A stretch of 64,000 nucleotides of DNA. It comes from Bdellovibrionales bacterium (GTDB taxonomy: Bacteria; Bdellovibrionota; Bdellovibrionia; Bdellovibrionales; JAGQZY01). The notes under the pieces are model-generated. The model was not told the origin of the DNA and searched no databases. It saw only the letters and a list, made by a program, of their open reading frames with translations. The stretch spans positions 1,408,001 to 1,472,000 of the forward strand of contig CAXRHT010000002.1 of NCBI GenBank assembly GCA_964230645.1. Reading direction: 5' to 3'. Positions 30,174 through 39,358 of this stretch are shown here, in pieces (within the stretch, counting starts at the first letter, position 1; each line of letters opens with the position of its first letter). Both the position numbers and the translations under genes were made by a program.

Positions 30174-30238
30174 AGCCTCGGCAGTTTCTGGCTAATCTCT
30201 GCACCTGTCAAGGCTTGCCAGACGAAACTAATGTTCCA

Positions 30239-31063
30239 TCAAAGCCCGAGTACGGGATAGGGTTGCATAGCCTCGGGATCCAAGTCGATGGGAGGATAAT
30301 CTCCGGGAAAGTTTGCGTACTCCTCCACAACTAAGCCTTTGTATCCCCCTTGATTGTATTGCTCCCCAAACCAGCTCAATAGGTCAATGAAGTACTCATT
30401 GTAGAAATCACTTTCCAAGGAATCATGATCGTAGAATGAGGAAGAGCCCCCAAATTTTCCCGCTGGTGTAATATAAACTTTGAGCTTTTGATCAACAGAG
30501 AAACGATTGTAAACAATTTCGTACCAATCGTTCAAAGTCACTAAACCAGTAACCGAATCAATGGCCAACCACTCTTCTTCTGCTTTTTCATTGATACTTT
30601 GTACGATCGTAGCAACATGCCACTCCCAGCGAACAGAGCCTCCCGTTTCCATGGGTCCAATGGCAAAAATCTTCTTGATACTGTCGCGATCAAAACGTCT
30701 ATAGGCCAATTCAAGATTAACAAACATTGCGCGTCCAAAACAGAAACCTATGTTTCCCTTGGGATCGTACTTATTTGACTGAGAAGAGGAGGCCACAGGA
30801 TTTGCAACAAGCTTTGTTAGAACCTCTTGGCTGGTTTCTGGAGATATAAACTGGGCTCTAAACTTAGAATTATCTCGAGGAGTGTCTACATCGTAAGCTA
30901 TAAACTCCTCCAGGTGCACTCGGTTACTTTGATCAATCTGGGCGGTTGTTTTCCCTTTAATATCTAGACGACGCAAGTCGAAAAGGTTTTTCTCTTCGAC
31001 AATGGGCTGAGCCACGGCGATTTGCCAACCGACTAATATTATTAATTGAATGATTCTTTTCAC
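30239..31063 (-). CDS. Secreted protein-glutamine glutaminase-like enzyme (Cys-His-Asp)
   Basis: Signal peptide; GFCFGRA, WEWHVAT, WLAID. Confidence 0.55.
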   Translation of the reverse strand: MKRIIQLIILVGWQIAVAQPIVEEKNLFDLRRLDIKGKTTAQIDQSNRVHLEEFIAYDVDTPRDNSKFRAQFISPETSQEVLTKLVANPVASSSQSNKYDPKGNIGFCFGRAMFVNLELAYRRFDRDSIKKIFAIGPMETGGSVRWEWHVATIVQSINEKAEEEWLAIDSVTGLVTLNDWYEIVYNRFSVDQKLKVYITPAGKFGGSSSFYDHDSLESDFYNEYFIDLLSWFGEQYNQGGYKGLVVEEYANFPGDYPPIDLDPEAMQPYPVLGL

Positions 31064-31111
31064 ATCTCCCCTTTACTTTTTTAATATTTATTTTTATTCA
31101 AAAATTCCGAA

Positions 31112-31717
31112 TCAAAATTCTGAGTCTATTTCTTTTCTTATTTTTTTATGCCTTTCTTTGAGTCTGAGATATTCTCCATTTCCCCTTACTTCGTGGTGAA
31201 AATACTGGAAAATTAAACTGGCTTCTAACTTCTCATTTACCCCTTTACGAACATCGCTAGACTTTTTCTTCATCATTCGATTAGCAAAATATTTGCATCG
31301 CATTCGCCCCATCGATAAAAACTTGCGAGCTATATCGGCTCCTACAAAATCCCGCTGTTCTATATATTCTAAAAATATAAGATAAATCGACGAGGCAGAG
31401 ACAAAGGCTGAAACAGAGTCAGTGATGCTGTAAAAAGGATGGATTTCTGACTTATAAGGCTCAACCGACATCACTCCTTGGTGCCCCCTGCCCACATGAT
31501 AAAGGTAAGGGCGCTGACGATAGTCCACTTGTTTGTTGTGAACGATTCGATACCAGTATTCTTTATCACCGTTAATGGAAGCGCCACCACGGGATTGCCA
31601 CTCTTTGAGTAGGCGCTGCCTTACCCGATCGTCAGCAATCTCATGAATGTCTTTCAGCGACCACGGCATAAAGGTAAATATAAAGGAAAAGCTTGTCACA
31701 GAATCCCCCCAGCTCAT
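31112..31717 (-). CDS. DUF4385 family protein
   Basis: DYR..P.LY.VGRG.QGV..VEPYKSEI, DFVGADIARKFL.MG. Confidence 0.8.
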   Translation of the reverse strand: MSWGDSVTSFSFIFTFMPWSLKDIHEIADDRVRQRLLKEWQSRGGASINGDKEYWYRIVHNKQVDYRQRPYLYHVGRGHQGVMSVEPYKSEIHPFYSITDSVSAFVSASSIYLIFLEYIEQRDFVGADIARKFLSMGRMRCKYFANRMMKKKSSDVRKGVNEKLEASLIFQYFHHEVRGNGEYLRLKERHKKIRKEIDSEF

Positions 31718-31927
31718 TTAGAACTTGTTTAATTATTTAAACGGAAGAGACCGCTACGGGATTGAAAAAATTACGCTCTTTATTACAAAGTCAGGTCCAC
31801 ATCTTAGCCAAAGAGCCCTTTTGTGTTCACATTTAAACAAAATTTTGACCTGCAAGGTTCGAACATTTTCCCGTTTTAAGGTAGGGTGGAGGCTTAAAAA
31901 TTCACAAATTAAATTGAGGAGGATGAA

Positions 31928-32857
31928 GTGGATATTAAGTTTGTCCAAAATGGACTGAAGCAGCTCGCAGACAAATTAGAGGGCTGGGGTGTCGGCCTTA
32001 TGGAGATGATCCCCAATTTAGCCATCGCTATTATAGTATTTATCGTGTTTTTGGCACTCAGTCGCTGGATTGAAAAACTTGTTATGAAGGCTTTTGGACA
32101 ATCCTCTCTTAATAAAAGTTTAGAACAGCTCCTAGCTAATATTGCCAAGGTGGCAACGATTTGCCTCGGAGTGGTTTTTGCACTCGGGATCTTAGAACTT
32201 CAAAAAACAGTGTTCTCCCTACTGGCAGGTGTTGGAGTGATCGGACTGGCCTTGGGTTTCGCCTTCCAAGATCTTGCTGCCAACTTCATTTCTGGAGTGA
32301 TGCTTTCTATTCGAGCACCGATTAAAATCGGAGACGTTATTAAAATCAATGATATCCAAGGCTCAGTTATAGCCATTCGCCTGCGCGATACCTTGGTAAG
32401 AAATTTTGACGGCCAAGATGTTTTCATTCCCAACAAAGAATTCACAACCAGTAGTTTTATAAACTATTCCAGCTATGGACAGCGTAAAATCAAGATCGAA
32501 GTGGGAATTGGCTATGAAGACGATGCTCGCAAGGGTGTTGAGGTCATGCAAAAAGCTTTACAGAGTGTCGATGGAATTCTTGAGGACCCAGTGCCTGACG
32601 CTTATATAGGGGAGCTCGCCGGAAGCTCTGTGAATCTATTTGGACACGTGTGGTATACATATCCAGGAGGCAGTTACTTTCAAATTCAAAGTGACGCGAT
32701 CGCTGCGGTAAAAGAAGCTCTTGAAAAAGAAGGATTTAATATTCCTTTTCCCATTCGAACACTGGAAACTTCACCAAGCCTTGAGAAAATGTTTTTACAG
32801 GGACGAAATGCCAACAGTGGTTCTAATGGCAGCAAAAGCGTAGAGCAAAACCTTTAG
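31928..32857 (+). CDS. mscS: Small-conductance mechanosensitive channel
   Basis: GLALGFAFQDLAANFISG, PIKIGD, IPN, IPFP; GGAGG RBS. Confidence 0.9.
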   Translation: MDIKFVQNGLKQLADKLEGWGVGLMEMIPNLAIAIIVFIVFLALSRWIEKLVMKAFGQSSLNKSLEQLLANIAKVATICLGVVFALGILELQKTVFSLLAGVGVIGLALGFAFQDLAANFISGVMLSIRAPIKIGDVIKINDIQGSVIAIRLRDTLVRNFDGQDVFIPNKEFTTSSFINYSSYGQRKIKIEVGIGYEDDARKGVEVMQKALQSVDGILEDPVPDAYIGELAGSSVNLFGHVWYTYPGGSYFQIQSDAIAAVKEALEKEGFNIPFPIRTLETSPSLEKMFLQGRNANSGSNGSKSVEQNL

Positions 32858-32894
32858 GAATAGTAGCCATCTTCCCTTACCAGATATTTGGTAA

Positions 32895-32929
32895 AAGCCT
32901 TGTTGTTATTTTTCATACAGCAAGGCTTT
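32895..32929. terminator. Hairpin/terminator between convergent genes
   Basis: aaagccttgttg...cagcaaggcttt. Confidence 0.5.
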
Positions 32930-33039
32930 AAGGGATAAAAAAAACCCCGAGGAGATTGTCCCCGGGGCCCCTGCTTCCGCCATAAAGTAAAATCAAAGAT
33001 GATTCATGCTGCAAATCAAGATGCGTTTCTCAGATGAAA

Positions 33040-34518
33040 TCAAAAGCTGATGGCGGCTTTGGTTTCAAATCCAAATGAATTATTTAATGGAAGATTATTC
33101 GTTCCTCCCTCAAATGCCGCACCCGGCATAAAGATACCTGCTCGGTTGATCCACTGAAAACCTTTAAAAGGTTCGTATTTCACACTTAAGTCTAACTCAA
33201 AACCAGCGTTGGAGTCCACATTTGCATTCAAGGGATCTTGGTTAAGTCGAGCGTAAGTCAAGCGAGTTTCAAGGTGATACTTTTCATACCATTTATAGTG
33301 AAAGGCCCCTGAGGCATAAATAGTGTTACTGATAGCGGCTGTATCAAAGGAATTACTCGCGCTAAAACTCGTGCTAGGAGCGCCTCCGCTGATATTTCTC
33401 ATATAAGCCGTTCTGAAAAAATCAGCCGCCCCCATGGGGTGATTAAAGAGTAAAAAGGCCACATCATAATTTTGATCAAAGACATAACCCTCGTAGGTAT
33501 TTTGGGTCGTTGGGTCATCTCCAGAGGCATAGCCCAGGTCGAAAGTCGTGCCCCAGTTTGAACTCTCTGGCATCCAAGAGATTTCAACAGCACCACCAAA
33601 GGCATCATGGGAAATTTCCGCACCATTCACAGCCAATCCTGTGTTTCCACTCATAAAGCCAACCTCAAAGGCCACTTTGACGGCCTCAACCCACTGAGAA
33701 ACAAAGACGTTATAGGTATCCACCTCATAGTTATCAGAAAGAGTGGTGCCGGTTGGGCCTAACGGAGCTGTCGGCGTATCATTACTATTGGCATTACTTG
33801 TTGAACGGCGGGCTTGATAAATAAGTCCCACTTCAAGTTCTGTTTCAGGATTGCCATAGCTAAGTTGCAAAATGTAATCATTAACGTCGTCTTCTTCATC
33901 GAGAAAACCCTCATAGGTTTTAGCAATGACTGGCATCACGCTAAAATTACCCATAACGATTTTGTAAGCGACTAAATCACGATTCTCTAACCAGTGGTCG
34001 AAAACGCCAAAGCCACCATTAAACTGCATACCCAGCCCAAAATGCATGGGCGCACGTCCAACCGTTAAAACACCAAACTCATGAATCCAGTTGGCATAGA
34101 GTTCGTTTACAGCGAGCAACCCGGCTGACTGCTGATCACTAATCGTGTTGGAGTTTGTTCCGTTAGTTTGACTACCAAGACCTCCATTCTGAGGAGTGCT
34201 TCCGGCATTGGGACCCACCACGGTTCCAGGTGTAGAGTTAACTCCTTGTCCAAAAGTTTGCCCCAGTTGGTCGTTGGGGTAACGGTTACTATTGAAAAGA
34301 TCAAAACGCCCGTGGATTCTGAGACCATCATAGGCTTGAAATTGTGGACGAAGAGTCATGTGATGAAGCATATAGGCCTTATCATTTCCGTCGCTTGTCA
34401 TGCTAGGGTTAAAAACCTTAAGGCCTTCAAAGCGGTAGGTCCCTTCCCACTTGATATCCCCGGCGATCAGGGGTTGGGTCACAAGAACTGAGGTGAGAAT
34501 GAGTAAAAACTTTTTCAA
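33040..34518 (-). CDS. Outer-membrane beta-barrel (porin-like; possibly TIGR04551-like)
   Basis: Signal peptide, amphipathic beta strands, GRAPMHFGLG, YASGDD, C-terminal Phe. Confidence 0.7.
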   Translation of the reverse strand: MKKFLLILTSVLVTQPLIAGDIKWEGTYRFEGLKVFNPSMTSDGNDKAYMLHHMTLRPQFQAYDGLRIHGRFDLFNSNRYPNDQLGQTFGQGVNSTPGTVVGPNAGSTPQNGGLGSQTNGTNSNTISDQQSAGLLAVNELYANWIHEFGVLTVGRAPMHFGLGMQFNGGFGVFDHWLENRDLVAYKIVMGNFSVMPVIAKTYEGFLDEEDDVNDYILQLSYGNPETELEVGLIYQARRSTSNANSNDTPTAPLGPTGTTLSDNYEVDTYNVFVSQWVEAVKVAFEVGFMSGNTGLAVNGAEISHDAFGGAVEISWMPESSNWGTTFDLGYASGDDPTTQNTYEGYVFDQNYDVAFLLFNHPMGAADFFRTAYMRNISGGAPSTSFSASNSFDTAAISNTIYASGAFHYKWYEKYHLETRLTYARLNQDPLNANVDSNAGFELDLSVKYEPFKGFQWINRAGIFMPGAAFEGGTNNLPLNNSFGFETKAAISF

Positions 34519-34554
34519 CGAGGGCCTCCTCTTACTATTGATATTCTAATTGAA

Positions 34555-34836
34555 CTATTTGTAGCCTCGACGAGACATTTCTTCTGCGTAGTATTTTTTG
34601 TACATGATTTTCCACTCAGAACTGCCTTCTGGCACATCTCGCTTCAGATTGCCAAGTTTTTTTCTCACTTCAAGGTCGATGTCTCCTTGCTCACCCACCC
34701 ATTCTCCAATGAGTCTTTTGGTCTCTCGGATGACCACATCCTCTGAGTCCTCGTCAAATTCGATGAATTCGTCTCCCCAGAGCTTATCGATTAAAAGATG
34801 GGCAAAGAGCTTCTGACGGTCTTCGCTTAGAATCAT
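34555..34836 (-). CDS. DUF507 family protein
   Basis: VRKKL..LKRDVPEGSSEWKIMYKKYY.EE. Confidence 0.85.
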   Translation of the reverse strand: MILSEDRQKLFAHLLIDKLWGDEFIEFDEDSEDVVIRETKRLIGEWVGEQGDIDLEVRKKLGNLKRDVPEGSSEWKIMYKKYYAEEMSRRGYK

Positions 34837-35111
34837 AGAACTATTCCCCGCTCATCGGCGATTTTCTTTTTTAGCATTTTAAACATCCGATGGCGCTCAA
34901 ACTGATCGGTCTGTTCTTTTTCGATATCATCGAGCATTCTCATCACTTCTTCTTCAAGCTTGGCTTCTTTCTGATAATCTTCTTCGATAATTTCTCTACC
35001 TCGGGTAAAGACGGCTTCTTTGGATTTATTGAAAGATACGAGTTTCTTTTTTTCAAGCTCCGCCAAAGTTCGGCGAACGAGACTTTCAATCTGATTTGTT
35101 GTCATTTTCAT
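34833..35111 (-). CDS. DUF507 family protein (second paralog)
   Basis: MKM...QI, E.KLEEEV..ML, MFKMLKKKIADERGIVL. Confidence 0.8.
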   Translation of the reverse strand: MKMTTNQIESLVRRTLAELEKKKLVSFNKSKEAVFTRGREIIEEDYQKEAKLEEEVMRMLDDIEKEQTDQFERHRMFKMLKKKIADERGIVL

Positions 35112-35126
35112 AGGCTTTGACTAAAC

Positions 35127-37418
35127 GTGGGAGTCAGCCTAATGTCAAGCAAGATGAAATGGTTTAATATAAAGCTTTTACTCGTTGGTGTTTTGACGCT
35201 TTTCATCATCCTCTTTCTCACCATCGCTTATACAGACTACAAAATTCAAAACATGGTGAGAGAAAAGAAATTTCTCGCCCCCACTCAGTATTATTCCAGT
35301 CCCGTGGCCTTTTTTGTGGGACAATTTCGTAGTCAATCGAGTTTCAAGGAATACTTCGAAAACAAAGCCTATCGCCAAAGGCCCTTTGGCTCTCCCTTAC
35401 AGAATGGTGACTTTTCCTTGGGCGACTCTCGTCAGTGTAGCTCACTCACTCAAAAAACCAGCGAAATCTTTTCTTGTGTGCTTTACCGCACTCATGTGAA
35501 ATCCCAATTGAACCTTATCAACCTGAACGAGCTTGACCAAATCACTAGCATTTTTAAAGAAGAGGAATTCCTTCCAGCGCTGGTTGCCCATGGAGAGGCC
35601 GAACTTTTTGCGCAGTATTTAGGATCAAAACCCACTCAACAAATACACACTGAAATTGGAAATGTGCCGCGCTATTGCCTTGATGCCATTATAGCCATTG
35701 AAGACCCTCAATTTCTTGAACATCGCGGCTTTAGCCCAAGGGGCTTTATGCGCGCTCTCTGGGCCAATATTCGCAACGCCGGATATGCCCAAGGGGGCAG
35801 CACAATCACCCAGCAACTGGTGAAAAATTATTTTTTAACACCTGAGAAAACAATCACCAGAAAGCTCAAAGAGATTGCGATGGCTCTTATTTTTGAGTTT
35901 CGAGTTTCCAAAGACGATATTTTGGAAACCTATTTGAATATTATTTATCTTGGGCAAAGTGGTGTTTTCGAAGTGCGTGGCTATGGATCGGCGGCCCAAT
36001 TTTACTTTCAGAAGTCCATTGATGAGTTGAACTTGTCTGAGTGTGCACTCTTAGCAGCGATTGTTAACAATCCTGGTCGCTACAACCCCGTCCGCCACCC
36101 TGAAAATGCCAAGGAGCGAAGAAGCCGAGTTCTTGAAAAAATGGTTGAGCACGACCTTCTCACCTCCCAAGAGCAGGAGGAAGCCAACAAAGCCCCTCTC
36201 CCCATAAAATTAAAACCCAGCCTCTCAGCTTCGGCTCCCTACTATGTCGACGCTGTTAACAAAATTTTAAAAACCAAAGGTATTGAAGAGCGCTCAGGTC
36301 TGTCGATTTACACCGCCCTTGATCCCGTCGCTCAAGAGATTGCCGAAAAAGCGGTGACTTCAAGTATCGAGTATTTTGAAAAGTCCATTCCCTCCATAAA
36401 AAAAATCAAAAAAGAAAAAGGCTTAAAACTGCAAGCCGCCCTACTAGCCAGCAACCCCATCACTGGTGAAGTGGTCGCCATAGTGGGTGGGCGTAATTTT
36501 AAAACCAGTCCCTTTAATCGAGCCATTGAGTCCCAAAGACAGGTGGGATCGGTCTTTAAACCGATTGTTTACTTAACGGCTATACAAAATGATACAGATT
36601 CTGGGCTTGAGCGACACCCTATGACCCTTATTAATAATTCTCCCTACAAACTCGAATATGACAATCAGACCTGGGAGCCGCGCAATTACGATGGGGAGTT
36701 TTCCAGGCCCCTTCCCCTCTTTTTTGCTTTGAAAGAATCTAAAAACGTACCCACGGCTCGCTTGGCTATGGACACTGGGCTCGATGAAATTATTGAAACC
36801 GCTCGTAAACTTGGGGTGAAATCAGATTTAAAAGAATACCCCTCCCTTTCTCTGGGAGCCTTTGAACTCAATCCCTTGGAAGTCCTAAATGTCTACAACA
36901 GTCTTTCGCAACTCGGACGCAAACAGGAATTGCAGGTAATAAAATCGGTCAAGAATCAAAAAGGGGAATTGATTTATGAACATGAGCCCCTTATCGAGCA
37001 AGTGGGAGAGCGTGAAGACTACGCTGTGCTTATTGGAATGATGAAAGAGACATTGATTTCCGGAACAGGGGCCTACTCCCGTAAAATGGGATTTAGCCAT
37101 ATAGCTGCAGGTAAAACAGGAACCACCTCCGACACACGTGATGCGTGGTTTGCTGGTTTTACACCTTTTCATGCCGCCATCACCTGGGTGGGATACGACA
37201 ATGGCACCTCACACAAACTAACGGGAGCCTCTGGAGCCCTCCCTATTTGGAGTCGCTATATGCGAGAGATCGCAAAGATTTATTCCAATAGAGAGTTCGA
37301 CTTTCCTGAAAGTGTGCACAAAGAAATCATTTCAAAAGATGACCTCCTAGATTTGGGGATTCCTGAGGAAAAGTCTAAAGACACCGAGCTGATCTTCAAA
37401 AATTCCTCAGATTTATAG
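35127..37418 (+). CDS. mrcB: Bifunctional transglycosylase/transpeptidase PBP1B
   Basis: IED..F.EH.G, QGGSTITQQLVKN, GSVFK (SxxK), SKN, KTGT; start codon uncertain. Confidence 0.88.
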   Translation: MGVSLMSSKMKWFNIKLLLVGVLTLFIILFLTIAYTDYKIQNMVREKKFLAPTQYYSSPVAFFVGQFRSQSSFKEYFENKAYRQRPFGSPLQNGDFSLGDSRQCSSLTQKTSEIFSCVLYRTHVKSQLNLINLNELDQITSIFKEEEFLPALVAHGEAELFAQYLGSKPTQQIHTEIGNVPRYCLDAIIAIEDPQFLEHRGFSPRGFMRALWANIRNAGYAQGGSTITQQLVKNYFLTPEKTITRKLKEIAMALIFEFRVSKDDILETYLNIIYLGQSGVFEVRGYGSAAQFYFQKSIDELNLSECALLAAIVNNPGRYNPVRHPENAKERRSRVLEKMVEHDLLTSQEQEEANKAPLPIKLKPSLSASAPYYVDAVNKILKTKGIEERSGLSIYTALDPVAQEIAEKAVTSSIEYFEKSIPSIKKIKKEKGLKLQAALLASNPITGEVVAIVGGRNFKTSPFNRAIESQRQVGSVFKPIVYLTAIQNDTDSGLERHPMTLINNSPYKLEYDNQTWEPRNYDGEFSRPLPLFFALKESKNVPTARLAMDTGLDEIIETARKLGVKSDLKEYPSLSLGAFELNPLEVLNVYNSLSQLGRKQELQVIKSVKNQKGELIYEHEPLIEQVGEREDYAVLIGMMKETLISGTGAYSRKMGFSHIAAGKTGTTSDTRDAWFAGFTPFHAAITWVGYDNGTSHKLTGASGALPIWSRYMREIAKIYSNREFDFPESVHKEIISKDDLLDLGIPEEKSKDTELIFKNSSDL

Positions 37419-37594
37419 TCGAAATCTCAAATACTAACTTTGCAAACACATTCTTGACAAATTGGCCATTATTTTACGTTACAATCGAGCGGACTGGTAA
37501 TATTTTTCAATGGACCTAGTCAATTCCGAAAACCTTCCCTATCCTCCAGATGATCTAAATAACGGTAAATATTCGCAAACAGGAGAAACCAAAT

Positions 37595-38023
37595 ATGAAA
37601 ACAATTTTAGTTTTAATCGCACTCTTTCCCGCGATAAGTTTTGCTCAAACAAGCACAAAGAAATTTGAGATGGAATATGAAGTGATCACAGCGCAAGTGG
37701 TGTGCTGGCAAACTTGTCGTCACTCTGGTTGCGAAGAGAGTAACTTTCAACCCTTCTTCGATACAGCCACGTTTGGCACACTCCAAGGCCTCGCTTCTCT
37801 GGGAAAAACTTGGACCTGGGCTGGATTGAGATGTGGAGATGAAATTGATGTGGTGGCTGAACATATGCCTAATGTGCAAAAAGAAAATCCTTCTCAAGCC
37901 GCTCAAATTCTTGCTGATCAGGGCACAAGTGTTAGTCTCATAATTTATGATGACGTGGCTAAGCAAGCCGATGATTTCATTGATCAACTTAGAGATGATA
38001 TTAAACAAGACGACCGTCTTTGA
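37595..38023 (+). CDS. Secreted hypothetical protein (4 Cys)
   Basis: AGGAG RBS; signal peptide MKTILVLIALFPAISFA. Confidence 0.75.
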   Translation: MKTILVLIALFPAISFAQTSTKKFEMEYEVITAQVVCWQTCRHSGCEESNFQPFFDTATFGTLQGLASLGKTWTWAGLRCGDEIDVVAEHMPNVQKENPSQAAQILADQGTSVSLIIYDDVAKQADDFIDQLRDDIKQDDRL

Positions 38024-38048
38024 TTTTTTTAAGGGGTCAGAAAATAGG

Positions 38049-38083
38049 AAAAAGGTCAGCCCATAAAGCTGACCTTTTTTTTT
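38049..38083. terminator. Bidirectional intrinsic terminator
   Basis: aaaaaggtcagc-ccataaa-gctgaccttttt. Confidence 0.85.
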
Positions 38084-38101
38084 ATTTCTCGAAGATTCGG
38101 C

Positions 38102-38374
38102 CTATCGAGTTTTATTTTTTTGTGAGCTTTGGGGGCGAGACACTTGCAACTTCTTACTGGGCTTTTTTCGTGCAGTCTTAACATTCAAGTAAGCGCAAAT
38201 CGCTTTTTGCTTTTCGGTGAGCTTCAATGGATCCGTGGCCTCGCAGCTCCAGCTTTTTCCAAGTTCACCAGCCCCCATTTCTTCAGGTGCGAACATCGGA
38301 GTTTCGAACTCCATGCTCTGGGCGAGAACAAAACCACTAAAAAGTAAAATGAAGGTAAAGCTTGTGTATCTCAT
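38102..38374 (-). CDS. Small secreted hypothetical protein
   Basis: GAGG RBS; signal peptide MRYTSFTFILLFSGFVLA; Cys pair; basic tail. Confidence 0.55.
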   Translation of the reverse strand: MRYTSFTFILLFSGFVLAQSMEFETPMFAPEEMGAGELGKSWSCEATDPLKLTEKQKAICAYLNVKTARKKPSKKLQVSRPQSSQKNKTR

Positions 38375-38639
38375 AGGTGAGCCTCTACCCAGTGAGCCCA
38401 GAGGGTGCAAGGCCTCGAGGAAAGTTTGAAAAAATGTAAACTCCTGACGCAAATAGCAATGAAATTGCTGCTCTTTCCTGCTCTAACCACCAATCTTCAA
38501 ACACAGTTGATCTGGAAAATTCTCAAAGGTATTCGAGATATGAAACGACCGGAGCATTGCCTAGTCTCTAGGCAAGGTGAGAAATTTATTTTTTTAAGAT
38601 TGATCGCCGATAGTCTTTTTGACTAGTATCTGTCCCCCT

Positions 38640-39233
38640 ATGAGCACGGATCTGCCCCCTGAGGCCTACACGAGAGAGATATTGCAAGAGGCTTTTAATT
38701 GGCTTCAGGAACAACCTGAGCCCTTGCGCTCAAGTGTGCAGACTCCAGAAAGATTGGTCAGTCTGTATCGCAAATCTCAAAGACTCAACGACCATGACGC
38801 TCCTGTGAGCTCTAAGAAGTTTATCTCTGACCTCAAAAATTTGGCTTCAAGCCTCGATGAGTTTAATGGAAATGGAAGTCAAAGAGCCTCGCAGAATAAG
38901 CAAACCACTGAGCCTCAGCCTCCACCACCTCCTCGTAGCACTGAGTCTGTGGCCCAAGCCACTCGTAAGGCCACATTGGATGATTCCTCACCTATGGACT
39001 CAGTGGTTAAATATCAATCCAAAGGCCCCTCTTCGAAACCTCTCTTTCAATTTGAAAACACCAAATTTCAATTCAACGAGCCGGAACCGAAAACTTTAAG
39101 CCTTGAAAATCTCGATTCCAAGAGCCAGGAATTCGTGGAAAAGACATGCTCTCGCCTCAATTTGAGCAGTACTGAGGAAGCCCTTCGCGTGCTTATTAAA
39201 CTGGGCTACGAGAAGCTCTCACGCTTGGACTAG
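38640..39233 (+). CDS. Hypothetical protein with possible C-terminal ribbon-helix-helix-like segment
   Basis: Helical N-terminus, Pro/Ser linker, C-terminal RLNLSSTEEALRVLIKLG. Confidence 0.6.
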   Translation: MSTDLPPEAYTREILQEAFNWLQEQPEPLRSSVQTPERLVSLYRKSQRLNDHDAPVSSKKFISDLKNLASSLDEFNGNGSQRASQNKQTTEPQPPPPPRSTESVAQATRKATLDDSSPMDSVVKYQSKGPSSKPLFQFENTKFQFNEPEPKTLSLENLDSKSQEFVEKTCSRLNLSSTEEALRVLIKLGYEKLSRLD

Positions 39234-39358
39234 GCTCCCGTCCGAAATTTTATTTGACCTGACCCCTACCCGTGATAATTCATTGATTTTATTGTAAAAC
39301 GACAGAACTGTTCTTGATATCTCAACAGATCAAAATTTTAGGATGAGGAGTTGATCCC

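Noticed and set aside
37700..37732. CWQTCRH as a heme-binding motif
   Set aside because: Spacing is CxxxCxH, not CxxCH; disulfides are more likely.
39234..39358. T-box leader upstream of ileS
   Set aside because: Region is too short and has no T-box motif or terminator.
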